DNA from: Candidatus Latescibacterota bacterium
GTDB lineage: Bacteria; Latescibacterota; UBA2968
Length of the DNA: 64,000 nt
Direction: 5' to 3'
Assembly (NCBI GenBank): GCA_965198115.1
Contig: OZ240241.1
Location: forward strand, 5,856,001-5,920,000
A model generated the notes under the pieces. That model had not been told where the DNA came from and did no database searches. It saw only the letters and a program-made list of their open reading frames with translations. This document shows, in pieces, positions 38,825 to 49,042 of the stretch; positions within the stretch are counted from its first letter, which is position 1; the number at the start of each line of letters is the position of its first letter. Made by a program: the position numbers and the translations under genes.

Positions 38825-39723
38825 ATGAAACCAACCATCGACGTACTACAGTCGACGCTTGGTGTTGTGATTACGGACGTCGATCTGAATGACCTCGACG
38901 ACGAATCGTGGTGCCTGATCGAGGACGCTTTTCACCGGCACGCAGCGCTGGTTTTTCCCGCACAGCACCTGAGTGAGGAAGCACAGGTCGCATTCGGTGC
39001 TCGGTTTGGGGATATCGAGATTCTGCGCGAGAATGCTCAGGCGGTTCAGTTCAGCAACAAGAATTCGGATGGCACGATGCTCGAGCCGGAGGAGTTTCGC
39101 TTCAAGGCGATGCGTGGCAACGAAGGTTGGCATATGGACAGCACGTACATGCCGCTGGCTGCCAAGGCCGGGTTGTTGTCTGCCGTGGAAATACCTGCCG
39201 AGGGCGGGGAGACCGAGCTGGCGGATATGCGAGCTGGCTACGACGCCCTCGACGACGCAACCAAGGAGCGGATCGCGGACCTTTCGGCCTATCACTCCCT
39301 TTACGCTTCACAAGCCAAGATCGGCCACATCGTGGAGACGGGCTCTGGCTATGGCTACCACGACAAGGCGCACCGCTGCGTCCACTGGTCAAGATTCATC
39401 CGGTAACGCAGCGCAAAGCTCTCTGCATAGGGCGGCACGCCTATCGAATACCTGGCATGGATGATGCCGCCGCACAATCTCTGCTCGATGATCTGCTGGC
39501 GTCCGCCTGCCAGCCGCCGCGCCTGTATACCCATCACTGGGTGCCTGGCGACTTGCTGATCTGGGACAACCGTTGCGTTCTCCATCGTGCCAGACCTTAC
39601 GACTTCAAGAAGCCACGCGTTCTGCTCGCCACCCGGATAGCCGGCGATCCCGCCACGGAGCTCGCACCGACCGGCCACGACGAACGCGCCAGCGGCTTTC
39701 ACCCGTCCGTTTCCAACCACTAG
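38825..39723 (+). pseudogene. TauD/TfdA family dioxygenase, one frameshift near 39367
   Basis: WHMDSTY, GGETELADMR, then PLVKIHPVT, GDLLIWDNRCVLHRA. Confidence 0.85.
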
Positions 39724-40588
39724 TGTCGTGTCCCGCGAATAAGTTTTAGAAGTCTGTTGAGTTTGTCGAGGATCGAGTCAGCGGTTGCCGTCCACACGAA
39801 AGGCTTTGAGTTCTGATTGTATTGGTCTGTGAACTTCTGGATGCAGGTGATCAGATCCTTGACGTTCCGAAAGGTTCCTCGTCGGATTGCTCTTTGTGTG
39901 ATGATGCCGAACCAGATCTCTACCTGGTTTAGCCAGGAGGCATACGTTGGTGTGTAGTGCACGTGGTATCTTTTACGTGAGGTGAGCCAACGTTTGACGT
40001 TCTGGTGCTTGTGAGTGCCGTAGTTATCGGCGACCAGATGGATGTCGAGATCCTTCGGGACGTTTTTGTCAATGTGCTTGAGGAACTGAAGGAACTCTCT
40101 GTTGCGATGTCTGGGCTTGCACTGAGTCAGGACTTTTCCTGATGCGATGTTGAGCGCCGCAAAGAGGGTAGTCGTGCCGTGCCGTGTATAGCTGTGAGTG
40201 ACGCCCTCGACATACCCGAGGCCCAAAGGGAGAATCGGTTGCGTCCGTTCGAGTGCTTGAATCTGGCTCTTCTCGTCTATGCAGAGCACCATTGCGTTGT
40301 CCGGCGGGTTCAGGTATAAACCGACGATATCCCTGACTGTCTCGACGAAGAAGGGATCGTTCGACAGCTTGAAGTGCTTCTGACGATGCGGCTGCAGTCC
40401 AAAGGCTCTCCATACACGTTGCACTGTGGACTTTGAGAGGCCCGTCTCATCGGCCATCGCTCGACAGGTCCAGTGGGTGGCACTCTTCGGCTTCTTCTTG
40501 AGCGTCTTGTAGATGAGTGAGGAGATCTCTTCGTCGCTAACGGACCGCGGACCACCAGGACGTAACTAAACCTTGGTAAGCCCCCGGC

Positions 40589-41976
40589 GGTGAGGTCCCT
40601 ATCCTAGTTGAAACTTAAAGGGCTCCAAACTTACGTTGTGGGTAGACGTGTGAGAGCGTGTACCCGTAAGAAAGGAGCCCACGATGGAGAAGCTATTTGC
40701 AGGGGATGGCGAAGTCAAGGTTGGGTCAGACGTTATGGATTTGGAGACGCGTTTATCGGTGATCCGGGCGCTGATTCCGCTGGGTCTGGAGGCCGTTGCC
40801 GACGTGCTCCAGCAGGAGGTGGAGCAGCTCGCAGGCGTTCGGTATGCGCGTAAGGGTTCAGAGCAGTCGCATCGTCGATGGGGAAGCCAGAAAGGGTCCG
40901 TGTATCTGATGGACCAGAAGCTGCCGGTGGCCGTTCCCCGTGTGCGCGACGTCGAGTCCGATACGGAGGTTTCTCTGGCCGCATACCGGGGGATGCAGAG
41001 GCCCAGAGCGATGGATGAGAAGCTGCTGCTTCGTGTGCTCAAGGGAATCTCCTGTCGCAACTACAGAGCCTGTGCAGAGTCGGTACCCGAAGCGTTCGGA
41101 ATTTCGGCATCCTCCGTCTCGCGACGGTTCATCAAAGCCACCGCAAAGAAGCTGAAGCAGTTCCAGGAACGACCGCTCGACGACTACGACTTGGTCGCCC
41201 TGTTCATCGACGGAAAGAGCTTTGCCGACGAAGAGATCGTGATCGCTCCGGGCGTCACGACGGACGGCCAGAAGATCCCCCTGGGCTTCGTCGAATCGGC
41301 GACGGAGAACGAACGGATCTGCCGTCAGCTGATCCAGGATCTCATCCGGAGAGGCCTGTGCTACAACCAGGGCCTTCTCGTTGTGCTGGACGGCTCAAAG
41401 GGACTCCGCAGTGCCGTCACCAAAGCCCTCAAAGGGGATGTGTGCGTGCATCGCTGTCAGTGGCACAAGCGCGAGAACGTCGTCAGCTACCTCCCGGAGG
41501 CAGAACGTCCAAGAGTTCGACGGAAACTTCAGAAAGCCTATGACTGCGACACCTACGAGGAGGCAAAGGCCGCACTCGAATCACTCAAACCCGAACTCAA
41601 GCTGATGAATCAGTCTGCCGTGGCAAGCCTCGAGGAAGGACTGGAGGAAACCCTGACCCTCCACCGGCTGGGGATGCTCCCGTTCTTGAAGCGAAGCTTC
41701 CGAACCACCAATTGCATCGAGGCGCTCAACAGCATGACCGGCAACCTGATACGGAAGGTCAACCGCTGGAACAACTCTCCTCAGCGACACAGATGGGTCG
41801 CGGCCGCACTCCTCGACATCGAACCACGCCTGCGACGCGTGAGCGGATACAAACACCTCCCGCTGCTCAGGCAAGCACTGAAAAACAACCTGAATCTCGG
41901 CGACAATCAAGATGCTCGGCAGAGAGCATGAATACCACGGAGCCCGATGAGTTTCAACTGACTATGGGACTTGACC
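40589..41976 (+). mobile_element. IS256-family element, copy B (1388 bp)
   Basis: TSD CCCCCGGC at 40581-40588 and 41977-41984; near-identical to copy A, inverted. Confidence 0.95.
40684..41931 (+). CDS. IS256-family transposase
   Basis: Differs from the copy A protein at 3 residues seen by eye. Confidence 0.95.
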   Translation: MEKLFAGDGEVKVGSDVMDLETRLSVIRALIPLGLEAVADVLQQEVEQLAGVRYARKGSEQSHRRWGSQKGSVYLMDQKLPVAVPRVRDVESDTEVSLAAYRGMQRPRAMDEKLLLRVLKGISCRNYRACAESVPEAFGISASSVSRRFIKATAKKLKQFQERPLDDYDLVALFIDGKSFADEEIVIAPGVTTDGQKIPLGFVESATENERICRQLIQDLIRRGLCYNQGLLVVLDGSKGLRSAVTKALKGDVCVHRCQWHKRENVVSYLPEAERPRVRRKLQKAYDCDTYEEAKAALESLKPELKLMNQSAVASLEEGLEETLTLHRLGMLPFLKRSFRTTNCIEALNSMTGNLIRKVNRWNNSPQRHRWVAAALLDIEPRLRRVSGYKHLPLLRQALKNNLNLGDNQDARQRA

Positions 41977-42081
41977 CCCCCGGCTCTGCCGGGGAGACTC
42001 CCAGAGTTTGACAGTTCCAGAAATATGTAAGAGCCTCCCTTGCCGTGGACCGCTCAAAGCACACGGAAGGAAGGCTCTCTA

Positions 42082-42513
42082 ATGAACAACGTAAGGAGTC
42101 TACGTCACACGGTATGGGAGTGCAAGTATGACGTTGTTTGGGTTCGGAAGTATCGTAGAAAAGTGTTGTATGGTGAAATTCGTCGCTATCTGGGCGAGGT
42201 GATTCGGGATCTGGCCGCACAGAAGGAATGCCGTGTGGAAGAGGGTCACCTGCGATCCGACCATGTGCACATGCTGATTTCGATCCCGCCGAAGCACTCA
42301 GTAGCTCAGACGGTAGGGTTCATCAAAGGAAAGAGTGCGATTCACATTGCTCGGAACTATCTGGGACGCAGGTCGAACTTCACCGGGCAGCATTTCTGGG
42401 CAAGAGGCTACTGGGTCTCCACCGTTGGCAAGGATGAACAGACGGTTCGGGAGTATATCCAGAACCAGGAGCGGGAGGACCGGCGTCTCGACCAGCTCAA
42501 CATTTTCAGGTAA
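42082..42513 (+). CDS. tnpA: IS200/IS605 HUH (Y1) transposase
   Basis: DHVHML HUH motif, KGKSA, FWARGY, EYIQNQ catalytic Tyr. Confidence 0.93.
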   Translation: MNNVRSLRHTVWECKYDVVWVRKYRRKVLYGEIRRYLGEVIRDLAAQKECRVEEGHLRSDHVHMLISIPPKHSVAQTVGFIKGKSAIHIARNYLGRRSNFTGQHFWARGYWVSTVGKDEQTVREYIQNQEREDRRLDQLNIFR

Positions 42514-42920
42514 TCGCCACCTTTAGGTGGCGCTTGGTTTCCAACCGCTTTGAGCGGTTCACAAGTTTTCAAGCCTCCGGCTTTGCCGGAGGTCATGACT
42601 CGTCATACAGTCCCATCAAGCCTTGCTCGCAGAAGCGACGGCGCCATTTGCCAACGGACGCTCCGGACAACCCGACTCGTTCGGCGATCTCCTGATTGGT
42701 CAGACCACCATCGCTCAGCAGGACGATCTTCGCCCGACGCACCAGAGCGTGAGGCATGCTGCGCGAACCGGACAACGACTGGAGTTGATCGCGGACTTCA
42801 TCACTGATGTTCAGTGGTTGTAACGGACGACCTCTTGCCATCGGTTCCTCCTCACAATGAGTGCCTGAGGAACCTTACGACTGTATCACGAATTTTTCTA
42901 GTTATTCCTGAGACGAGACA

Positions 42921-44093
42921 CTAGTGTCACGTCCCGCGTATAAGCTTCAAAAGTTTATGGACTTTCTCGAGGATTGAATCTGCCGTGGCGGTCCAGACGA
43001 AGGGTGTAGAATTCTCGTTGTAGTGATCAGTGAATTTCTTGATGCAGGCGATCAGGTCCTTGACGCTTCTGAAGGTGCCTCGTCGAATGGCTCTTTGGGT
43101 GATGATACCGAACCAGATCTCTACCTGGTTCAGCCAGGAGGCATATGTTGGTGTGTAGTGCACGTGATATCGTTTCCGTGAGGCGAGCCAACGCTTGACG
43201 TTCGGGTGCTTGTGCGTGCCGTAATTATCGACGACCAGATGGATGTCGAGATCCTTTGGGACGTTCTTGTCGATGTGCTTGAGGAACTGAAGGAACTCTT
43301 TGTTGCGGTGTCTGGGCTTGCACTGAGTCAGAACTTTGCCGGATGCGATGTTGAGCGCTGCAAAGAGGGTGGTCGTGCCGTTCCGGAATATAGCTGTGAG
43401 TGACGCCCTCGACGTATCCGAGACCCAAAGGAAGAATCGGTTGTGTCCGTTCGAGTGCTTGAATCTGGCTCTTCTCGTCTACACAGAGCACCATCGCGTT
43501 GTCCGGTGGGTTCAGGTATAGACCGACGATATCCCTGACTTTCTCGACGAAGAAGGGATCGTTCGACAGTTTGAAGTGCTTCTGTCGATGCGGTTGCAGG
43601 CCAAAAGCTTTCCATACACGTTGAACCGAGGACTTGGAGAGCCCCGTCTCGTCGGCCATCGAACGACAGGTCCAGTGGGTGGCACCCTTCGGTTGCTTCT
43701 TGAGCGTCTTGTAGATGAGGGAGGAGATCTCTTCGTCGCTGACCGACCGTGGCCCTCCAGGACGCAATTCGTCATACAGTCCCATCAAGCCTTGCTCGCA
43801 GAAGCGACGACGCCACTTGCCGACAGACGCTCCGGACAACCCGACTCGTTCCGCGATCTCCTGATTGGTCAGACCGCAATCGCTCATCAAGACGATCTTC
43901 GCGCGACGCACCAAAGCGTGAGACATGCTACGCGAACGAGACAATGACTCGAGTTGATCGTGGACCTCATCACTGATGTTCAGTGGCTGTAACGGACGAC
44001 CTCTAGCCATCGGTTCCTCCCAAGAATGAGTGCTTGAGGAACCATACGACAGAATCGAATATTTTTCTAGTTATTCCTGGGACGTGACACTAG
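42921..44093 (-). mobile_element. IS630-family element, copy 2 (transposase 42927-44010 with one frameshift near 43385)
   Basis: CTAG at both ends; VDEKSQIQ, SWLNQVE; shares a CTAG with copy 1. Confidence 0.9.
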
Positions 44094-44281
44094 TGGGCTG
44101 TTACGTTAATCGCCTTTGAAATCAGGAGAGCAGAGTCACTTCGAGCCCTTCGTCAGGCTCAGGATAGACTCCGTCGAGAAGTCCCTATTCGCGATTCGTA
44201 ATGGGCGTGTTCTCGACTACGCTCGAACTGACGCCGCTCAGTCTGGCAGTAAAAGTCCAGTACTGCTTTCGTGACAGGCCA
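44094..44281. repeat. MITE-like element with internal REP-like palindrome
   Basis: Imperfect TIR TGGGCTGTTACG / CGTGACAGGCCA; internal GTCACTTCGAGC...GCTCGAACTGAC and GTCGAGAA..TTCTCGAC. Confidence 0.5.
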
Positions 44282-44450
44282 CGAGTCGCACTTCTGGCGT
44301 GATGCCGATAAGCAGGAGGAACCGCCGGGTTTCTTGGGCACGCCAAATGATGCGGTCGGGTCGCCCATTGTCAACGTCGCTCAGGAGCAGGAACGGTATG
44401 AGCACTACACCGAAGCTGACGGATGTGATCTGCGCACGTTGATTCGTTAA
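44280..44450 (+). pseudogene. Orphan 3' gene fragment
   Basis: Open frame HESHFWRDADKQEEPPG...DLRTLIR* ending just before the next gene's SD; no start. Confidence 0.4.
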
Positions 44451-44464
44451 ACAAGGAGATTCCG

Positions 44465-45149
44465 ATGCTGTTGTGGGAAATGACTTCGCCTAGTGTTGAC
44501 GCACTTCCTCGCGATATCGTCGTGCTGATTCCCGTCGCGTCGTGCGAACAGCACTCTCTTCATCTGCCGGTGTGGACGGATAGCTTCATCGGTCAGGAGG
44601 TGGCGCGTCGTGTTCACGAGAAGGTGCCAGACGACGTGCTCGTGCTGCCGGTGCAATGGCTCGGCTACTCGCAGCATCACGCCCGGTATCCGGGTACGGT
44701 GACTGCCGTGTCGAGGACGCACCTGGATCTGATGATGGATATGGTCGACTCGATGGTTCGGCACGGATTCCGGAAGATTCTGCTGCAGAATTCGCACGGC
44801 GGAAATGGCGCCGGAATCCAGGTCTTACTTCAGAGGCTGATGGAGAGGTATCCAGAGGAAGAGGCCGAATTCTACTCCCGATGGGCCTGGGGGTCGGGTG
44901 AGCGACTCGACGAGATCCGCACGCTCGACAACAAAGGCTCCGGCCACGCTGGATCCGGACGGAGAGCGGGACGGAATGCGAGTTCCCGGGGTAGCCAGCT
45001 ATCACCGGTTCGATCAGCGAACGGCTCACGGAGGTGTTGGCGATCCGCGTCCGGCGACGGCGGAGATGGGAGAGGCGTTGCTCGAGGTTTCGGCGGAGGA
45101 AGTGGCGCGTGACGTTCGAGCTATCCGTGCGTTGAGGCCCTTTGGGTGA
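44465..45149 (+). pseudogene. Creatininase family protein with an internal lesion
   Basis: CEQHSLHLP..TD, NSHGGN, GHAG; the expected E.ETS segment is missing and the frame shifts to ..GGVGDP..ATAEMG. Confidence 0.8.
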
Positions 45150-45219
45150 GGAGGCGTATGATGAAATCTGGCACCTCGGGCGTTGCCGTAGCCGGCCACA
45201 CGGCTAGGAGTCGCGACCG

Positions 45220-45950
45220 ATGAAACGAGACTGGAAATCTGACGAATTCCTGAAAATGGTCGCGCTGGGCGAAAGTACGACGGCCGGGGGGTGGAGCACT
45301 GCGCCCGAGCGGTGCTGGGTTTCGGTTCTGGCAGCGGTCATCAACGATTTTCAATCCACGTCGATGGCGTTCGTCTATTCGGGGATCGGCGCAAACGTCA
45401 TTTCCTCCCGCAGTCCCTGCTATGAGCATAGCGGGAAGCCAGCAGCGGACGAGCGTCTCGACAAGCACGTGATCGCTCACCAACCGGATCTGCTCATCAT
45501 CTCATACGGACTGAATGACGCGCGAGGCGGTACGCCGCTCGATTTCTTCGGAGAGCGTCTGATCCATCTGGTACGTAGCGTTCGCGAGCGCGTTGACCCC
45601 GTGATCGTTCTTCCCGGCCCCTACTACATGACCGATTTCACTGTGGGGGGCGTTCAGTGGAGCCACTCCGACCCTCACTATTCAAGAAATACAACGAGAC
45701 TATCGCCGAAACGGCGAGTGAACAGGACTGTCTGTACGTCGACCTGCTGGCGGCAAACGGAGAAACGGACTGGATGGTGCATTGCGATGGAGTGCACCAG
45801 AACGACCTCGGGCATAGGATCATCGCCAACCGAATCTTCGAGGTGCTGGCTCAAAACTGCTCGTGTCTGGCCAGGCAGACCCAGGAAACGGAAAAACACA
45901 GTCCAAGGTGGCGGGACGAGTCGACCCTTCGGGCGGATTATGGACATTGA
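45220..45950 (+). pseudogene. SGNH/GDSL hydrolase, one frameshift near 45670
   Basis: ALGESTTAG, YGLND, then DGVHQNDLGH. Confidence 0.8.
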
Positions 45951-45977
45951 TCAACGCACCGTCGAGACCGGAATGTG

Positions 45978-46901
45978 CTACCCCTCGGCTCTGGGTCGGT
46001 TCCGTTGGTTCTGGCCGTGATAGCGGAAGCCCGGGACGTTGTCGGCGCAGTGGGTGCCACGGAAGAGGGTCTGCCGCATCGGGGGCATTTGGGCGACGAG
46101 TTCTTCCGGCGGCTGCCACTTGCCCCAGCGTGAGCCGACGCTGTTGTAGAGGTTGAAGATGGCGACGCGGGCATTCTCGGTGTTGGTCCAGGGGCACGTG
46201 CTGTGCGCGAGGGCCTCGGTGAAGAAGAGGACAGAGCCAGCAGGGCACTCGTAGGTATCCCAGACTTCAGAGTGGCGGTCCTGTATGGATTCGGGTGCGG
46301 TGTAGGCGGCTTTGTGGCTGCCGGTGGCGAGGAGGGTTCCGCCCTGTCCGTATTTGACCGGGGCGAGTTCCCAGACCACACGTGTCAGACCGCTAAAGGC
46401 TTTGCCGGGGACGCACTGGTAGTGGTGGGAGTCGACGGCGAAACGGAAGAAACCGCTGCCGTTGTGCGGGCCGAACCTGCCCTGATTGTCCGGGTCGGCG
46501 GAGGGAGACCGGATGTTGGAGCCCTCCATGCGGAATCCATAGCACTCGTGAGTCGACAGGTGCGGGTGGGCGAGGAATTCGTTCAGGAATCCGACGACAA
46601 CAGGGTGGTCGGTCAATTTCTCGAGGGGGCCGGATATGTAGTTGCGTTCGTGCTCAGTTAGGGACTCGGGTTCATCACGGACCCGTTCGGCGTGGCGTCG
46701 CGTGTCGTCGGCCACGTCGGCATTCAGTACGCCGGGGACCAACAGCCAGCCGCGAGCGTCGAAGATGTACTTTTGCTCCTGCGTCAGTTCGACGACGGGT
46801 TCGCCATCCGCGTTGACGCGAGGAAGATCATCGGGGTCGAGCTGGAGTTTTTCACCGAGGTTCTTGTCTACGACGAAGGGTTCTTGGTCAATGACGGTCA
46901 T
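45978..46901 (-). CDS. PhyH-family dioxygenase with HxG motif
   Basis: QKYIFDARGWLLVPGVL, PHNG, GSHKA, GSVLFFTEALAH; ATG 46901 with GGAGG SD. Confidence 0.8.
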   Translation of the reverse strand: MTVIDQEPFVVDKNLGEKLQLDPDDLPRVNADGEPVVELTQEQKYIFDARGWLLVPGVLNADVADDTRRHAERVRDEPESLTEHERNYISGPLEKLTDHPVVVGFLNEFLAHPHLSTHECYGFRMEGSNIRSPSADPDNQGRFGPHNGSGFFRFAVDSHHYQCVPGKAFSGLTRVVWELAPVKYGQGGTLLATGSHKAAYTAPESIQDRHSEVWDTYECPAGSVLFFTEALAHSTCPWTNTENARVAIFNLYNSVGSRWGKWQPPEELVAQMPPMRQTLFRGTHCADNVPGFRYHGQNQRNRPRAEG

Positions 46902-47108
46902 GGGTCCTCCTTGTTGTTGGCTGGGCAGTTGCCTATCTGTTCTATCGTTCGCGGACGTGCGCCATTGGTCTTCGTGTTTCGTTCTGCGTTCCTTGATGGC
47001 GGCGCGATTTCCTTTGACTGGTCGCATAGACCCAGGGCTTGTCCGCAACCGGCGGTGATCGGCCTGGGCTAAATCTCCCGCCCTTTCAGGGCGGAAACGC
47101 CGGCTGAA

Positions 47109-47432
47109 TCACGACGATTTGAACGCGCCGAAGGCGAAGGCTTCTTCCATCTCTTCCATCACGGACTTGCCCTCGTCGTCGGTGACCATCATGGTGGCCA
47201 TGTATTTCAGCCAGCGTTCGGCCACGGGGCCTTCGTGACTGCGGTCCAGATGCTCCTTCGATGCTGCGGTGGCAAAGAGAAAGAGACGGCCGTGATAGTG
47301 GTAGATGATCATATTCACGTCCTGATCCCGCATGGCTTCGACCATCTCCGGCCAGAGCTCGTCGTGGGCCTTCTTGTATTCCGGATATAGATCAGGATCC
47401 TTCAGCTGATAGGTCATTCCAACGGTATACAC
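47109..47432 (-). CDS. rhaM: L-rhamnose mutarotase family protein
   Basis: EYKKAHDELWPEM...ERWLKYM. Confidence 0.75.
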   Translation of the reverse strand: MYTVGMTYQLKDPDLYPEYKKAHDELWPEMVEAMRDQDVNMIIYHYHGRLFLFATAASKEHLDRSHEGPVAERWLKYMATMMVTDDEGKSVMEEMEEAFAFGAFKSS

Positions 47433-47458
47433 GTCATCCCCCTACGCGAGAACTGCAC

Positions 47459-49006
47459 ATGATCACAACCTACGATCCAGAGAAGCACTACGAACGAATC
47501 GGTGACCAGACGCAGTACTTCCTGGACGATACGGTTCTGGAGTGGGTGAAGAATATCACACGCACGCACCATCAGGCAACAAAACACGCCGAGAATCCCG
47601 TGCTTCAACGAGATCGGCCGTGGGAGGTGAATCCCCATTTCAACACGACGGTCTCGATGATTCAGGAGCCGGACGGGACCTTTCGATGCTGGTATCTGGA
47701 CTTCACCTTCATGGCCTTCGAAGGGGGTGGGGCTGAAGGCCAGGCTAAGCCGAAAATCACTTACGCGGAATCTTCCGACGGGATCCAATGGGAGAAGCCC
47801 GCGCTGGGAGTGGTCACCGTCGACGGGAACGATACGAACCGGATCGCTTGGGACGAAACTCACGGAACCCCGGTCGCGCTCTGCGTGATCCGCGACGACC
47901 ACGATCCGAGCCCTGAGCGACGTTACAAGATGGCCTTTCTGCCGGAGAAGTATAACGTCAACCGTCCCAAGAAGACGACGATCTCACACTCCCACTCACT
48001 CGGGTTGTGCTTGGCATACTCGTCTGACGGGCTGAACTGGACCTTGGAGGAGAGAAATCCCGTCAGCACGATCTGGGGAAGCGATGTGCTGACTTTGCTC
48101 TGGGACGAAGAGTTCCAGAAGTATGTTATCTACGGGCGAGCCCACTACGCCGCGGAAACCGGGAATCCGGACGCCGACCAGTGGTTCGTGAAGCACTACC
48201 CGTCTCAGCCGTTCGGGTGGATCCCGAAACGCGCGGTCTACCGGATCGAAAGTGAAGACTTGATCACCTGGTCAGACCCGGTGCGGGTCCTGGCACCCGG
48301 GCAAGGGCATAACCTGGATGACGCGTTCTATGCGCTGGCTTACTTCAAGATGGGGCGCTACCACTGCGGGCTGATGCCGGTGTTCCATATGGTCGCCAAC
48401 ACGAAGGACACGGAGCTGGTCTACAGTCACGACGGGGTGGACTGGAAACACTATCCGCACGGCCCCTGGATCATTCCGCGTGGAGGAGGAGAAGAGTGGG
48501 ATGCCTACCAGATGGACACGGTCATTCCGCCTTTTCGTGTCGGCGACCAGCATTACATCTTCCACGGTGGTGCGGATTTCCATCACGACTGGCATACCGT
48601 GGGTCGGACTCAGGGTCTAGATACGCCCGAGACCGAGCTGACGATCGATCAGCTGAACGAGGCGCTGGGTCTGGCCACGCTGAGACTCGACGGGTTCGTG
48701 TCGCTCGACGCGGGGATCCGAGAGGGCATCATCTGTACGGCGCCCCAGTTTTCTACGGGTGAAAAGCTGATCATCAATGGAAGATGTGAGAAGAACGGAT
48801 ACATCGACGTGGAAGTCGTCGATGCGATGGAGAACAACTGGGCGGACTATCGCCGGGAAGACTGTGACCGTTTCACGGGAGACGACGTGAATCACGTGGT
48901 GTCGTGGAACGGAAACACCGCGATCAACACGATCGTCGGCTACACGCGCTTTCGATTCTACATGAAGAACGCTGAGCTCTACTCGTATCGCATTGCCGAT
49001 GCGTGA
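47459..49006 (+). CDS. GH32-like beta-propeller hydrolase
   Basis: NPVLQRDRPWE, YAESSDGIQWEKP, SSDGLNW, LRLDGFVS. Confidence 0.7.
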   Translation: MITTYDPEKHYERIGDQTQYFLDDTVLEWVKNITRTHHQATKHAENPVLQRDRPWEVNPHFNTTVSMIQEPDGTFRCWYLDFTFMAFEGGGAEGQAKPKITYAESSDGIQWEKPALGVVTVDGNDTNRIAWDETHGTPVALCVIRDDHDPSPERRYKMAFLPEKYNVNRPKKTTISHSHSLGLCLAYSSDGLNWTLEERNPVSTIWGSDVLTLLWDEEFQKYVIYGRAHYAAETGNPDADQWFVKHYPSQPFGWIPKRAVYRIESEDLITWSDPVRVLAPGQGHNLDDAFYALAYFKMGRYHCGLMPVFHMVANTKDTELVYSHDGVDWKHYPHGPWIIPRGGGEEWDAYQMDTVIPPFRVGDQHYIFHGGADFHHDWHTVGRTQGLDTPETELTIDQLNEALGLATLRLDGFVSLDAGIREGIICTAPQFSTGEKLIINGRCEKNGYIDVEVVDAMENNWADYRREDCDRFTGDDVNHVVSWNGNTAINTIVGYTRFRFYMKNAELYSYRIADA

Positions 49007-49042
49007 CGTGAACCTTAACTCAGAGCATAGGGAACGAAGCGA

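Larger units (their letters stand above)
40568..42600 (+). mobile_element. IS200/IS605-family element (tnpA only)
   Basis: Left hairpin CCCCCGGCTCTGCCGGGG (split by IS256) and right hairpin CCTCCGGCTTTGCCGGAGG; removing it restores IS630 codons LYDELRPGGP; ends ambiguous by 3 bp (ACT). Confidence 0.88.
39720..42924 (-). mobile_element. IS630-family element, copy 1, interrupted by an IS200-type element that is itself interrupted by IS256
   Basis: Ends CTAGTGTCGTGTCCC / GAGACGAGACACTAG; transposase split into 42598-42841 (N-term) and 39720-40567. Confidence 0.9.

Noticed and set aside
42513-42600. TnpB/omegaRNA system with the IS200/IS605 element
   Set aside because: No tnpB or iscB ORF; the right-end hairpin lies under 90 bp after the tnpA stop
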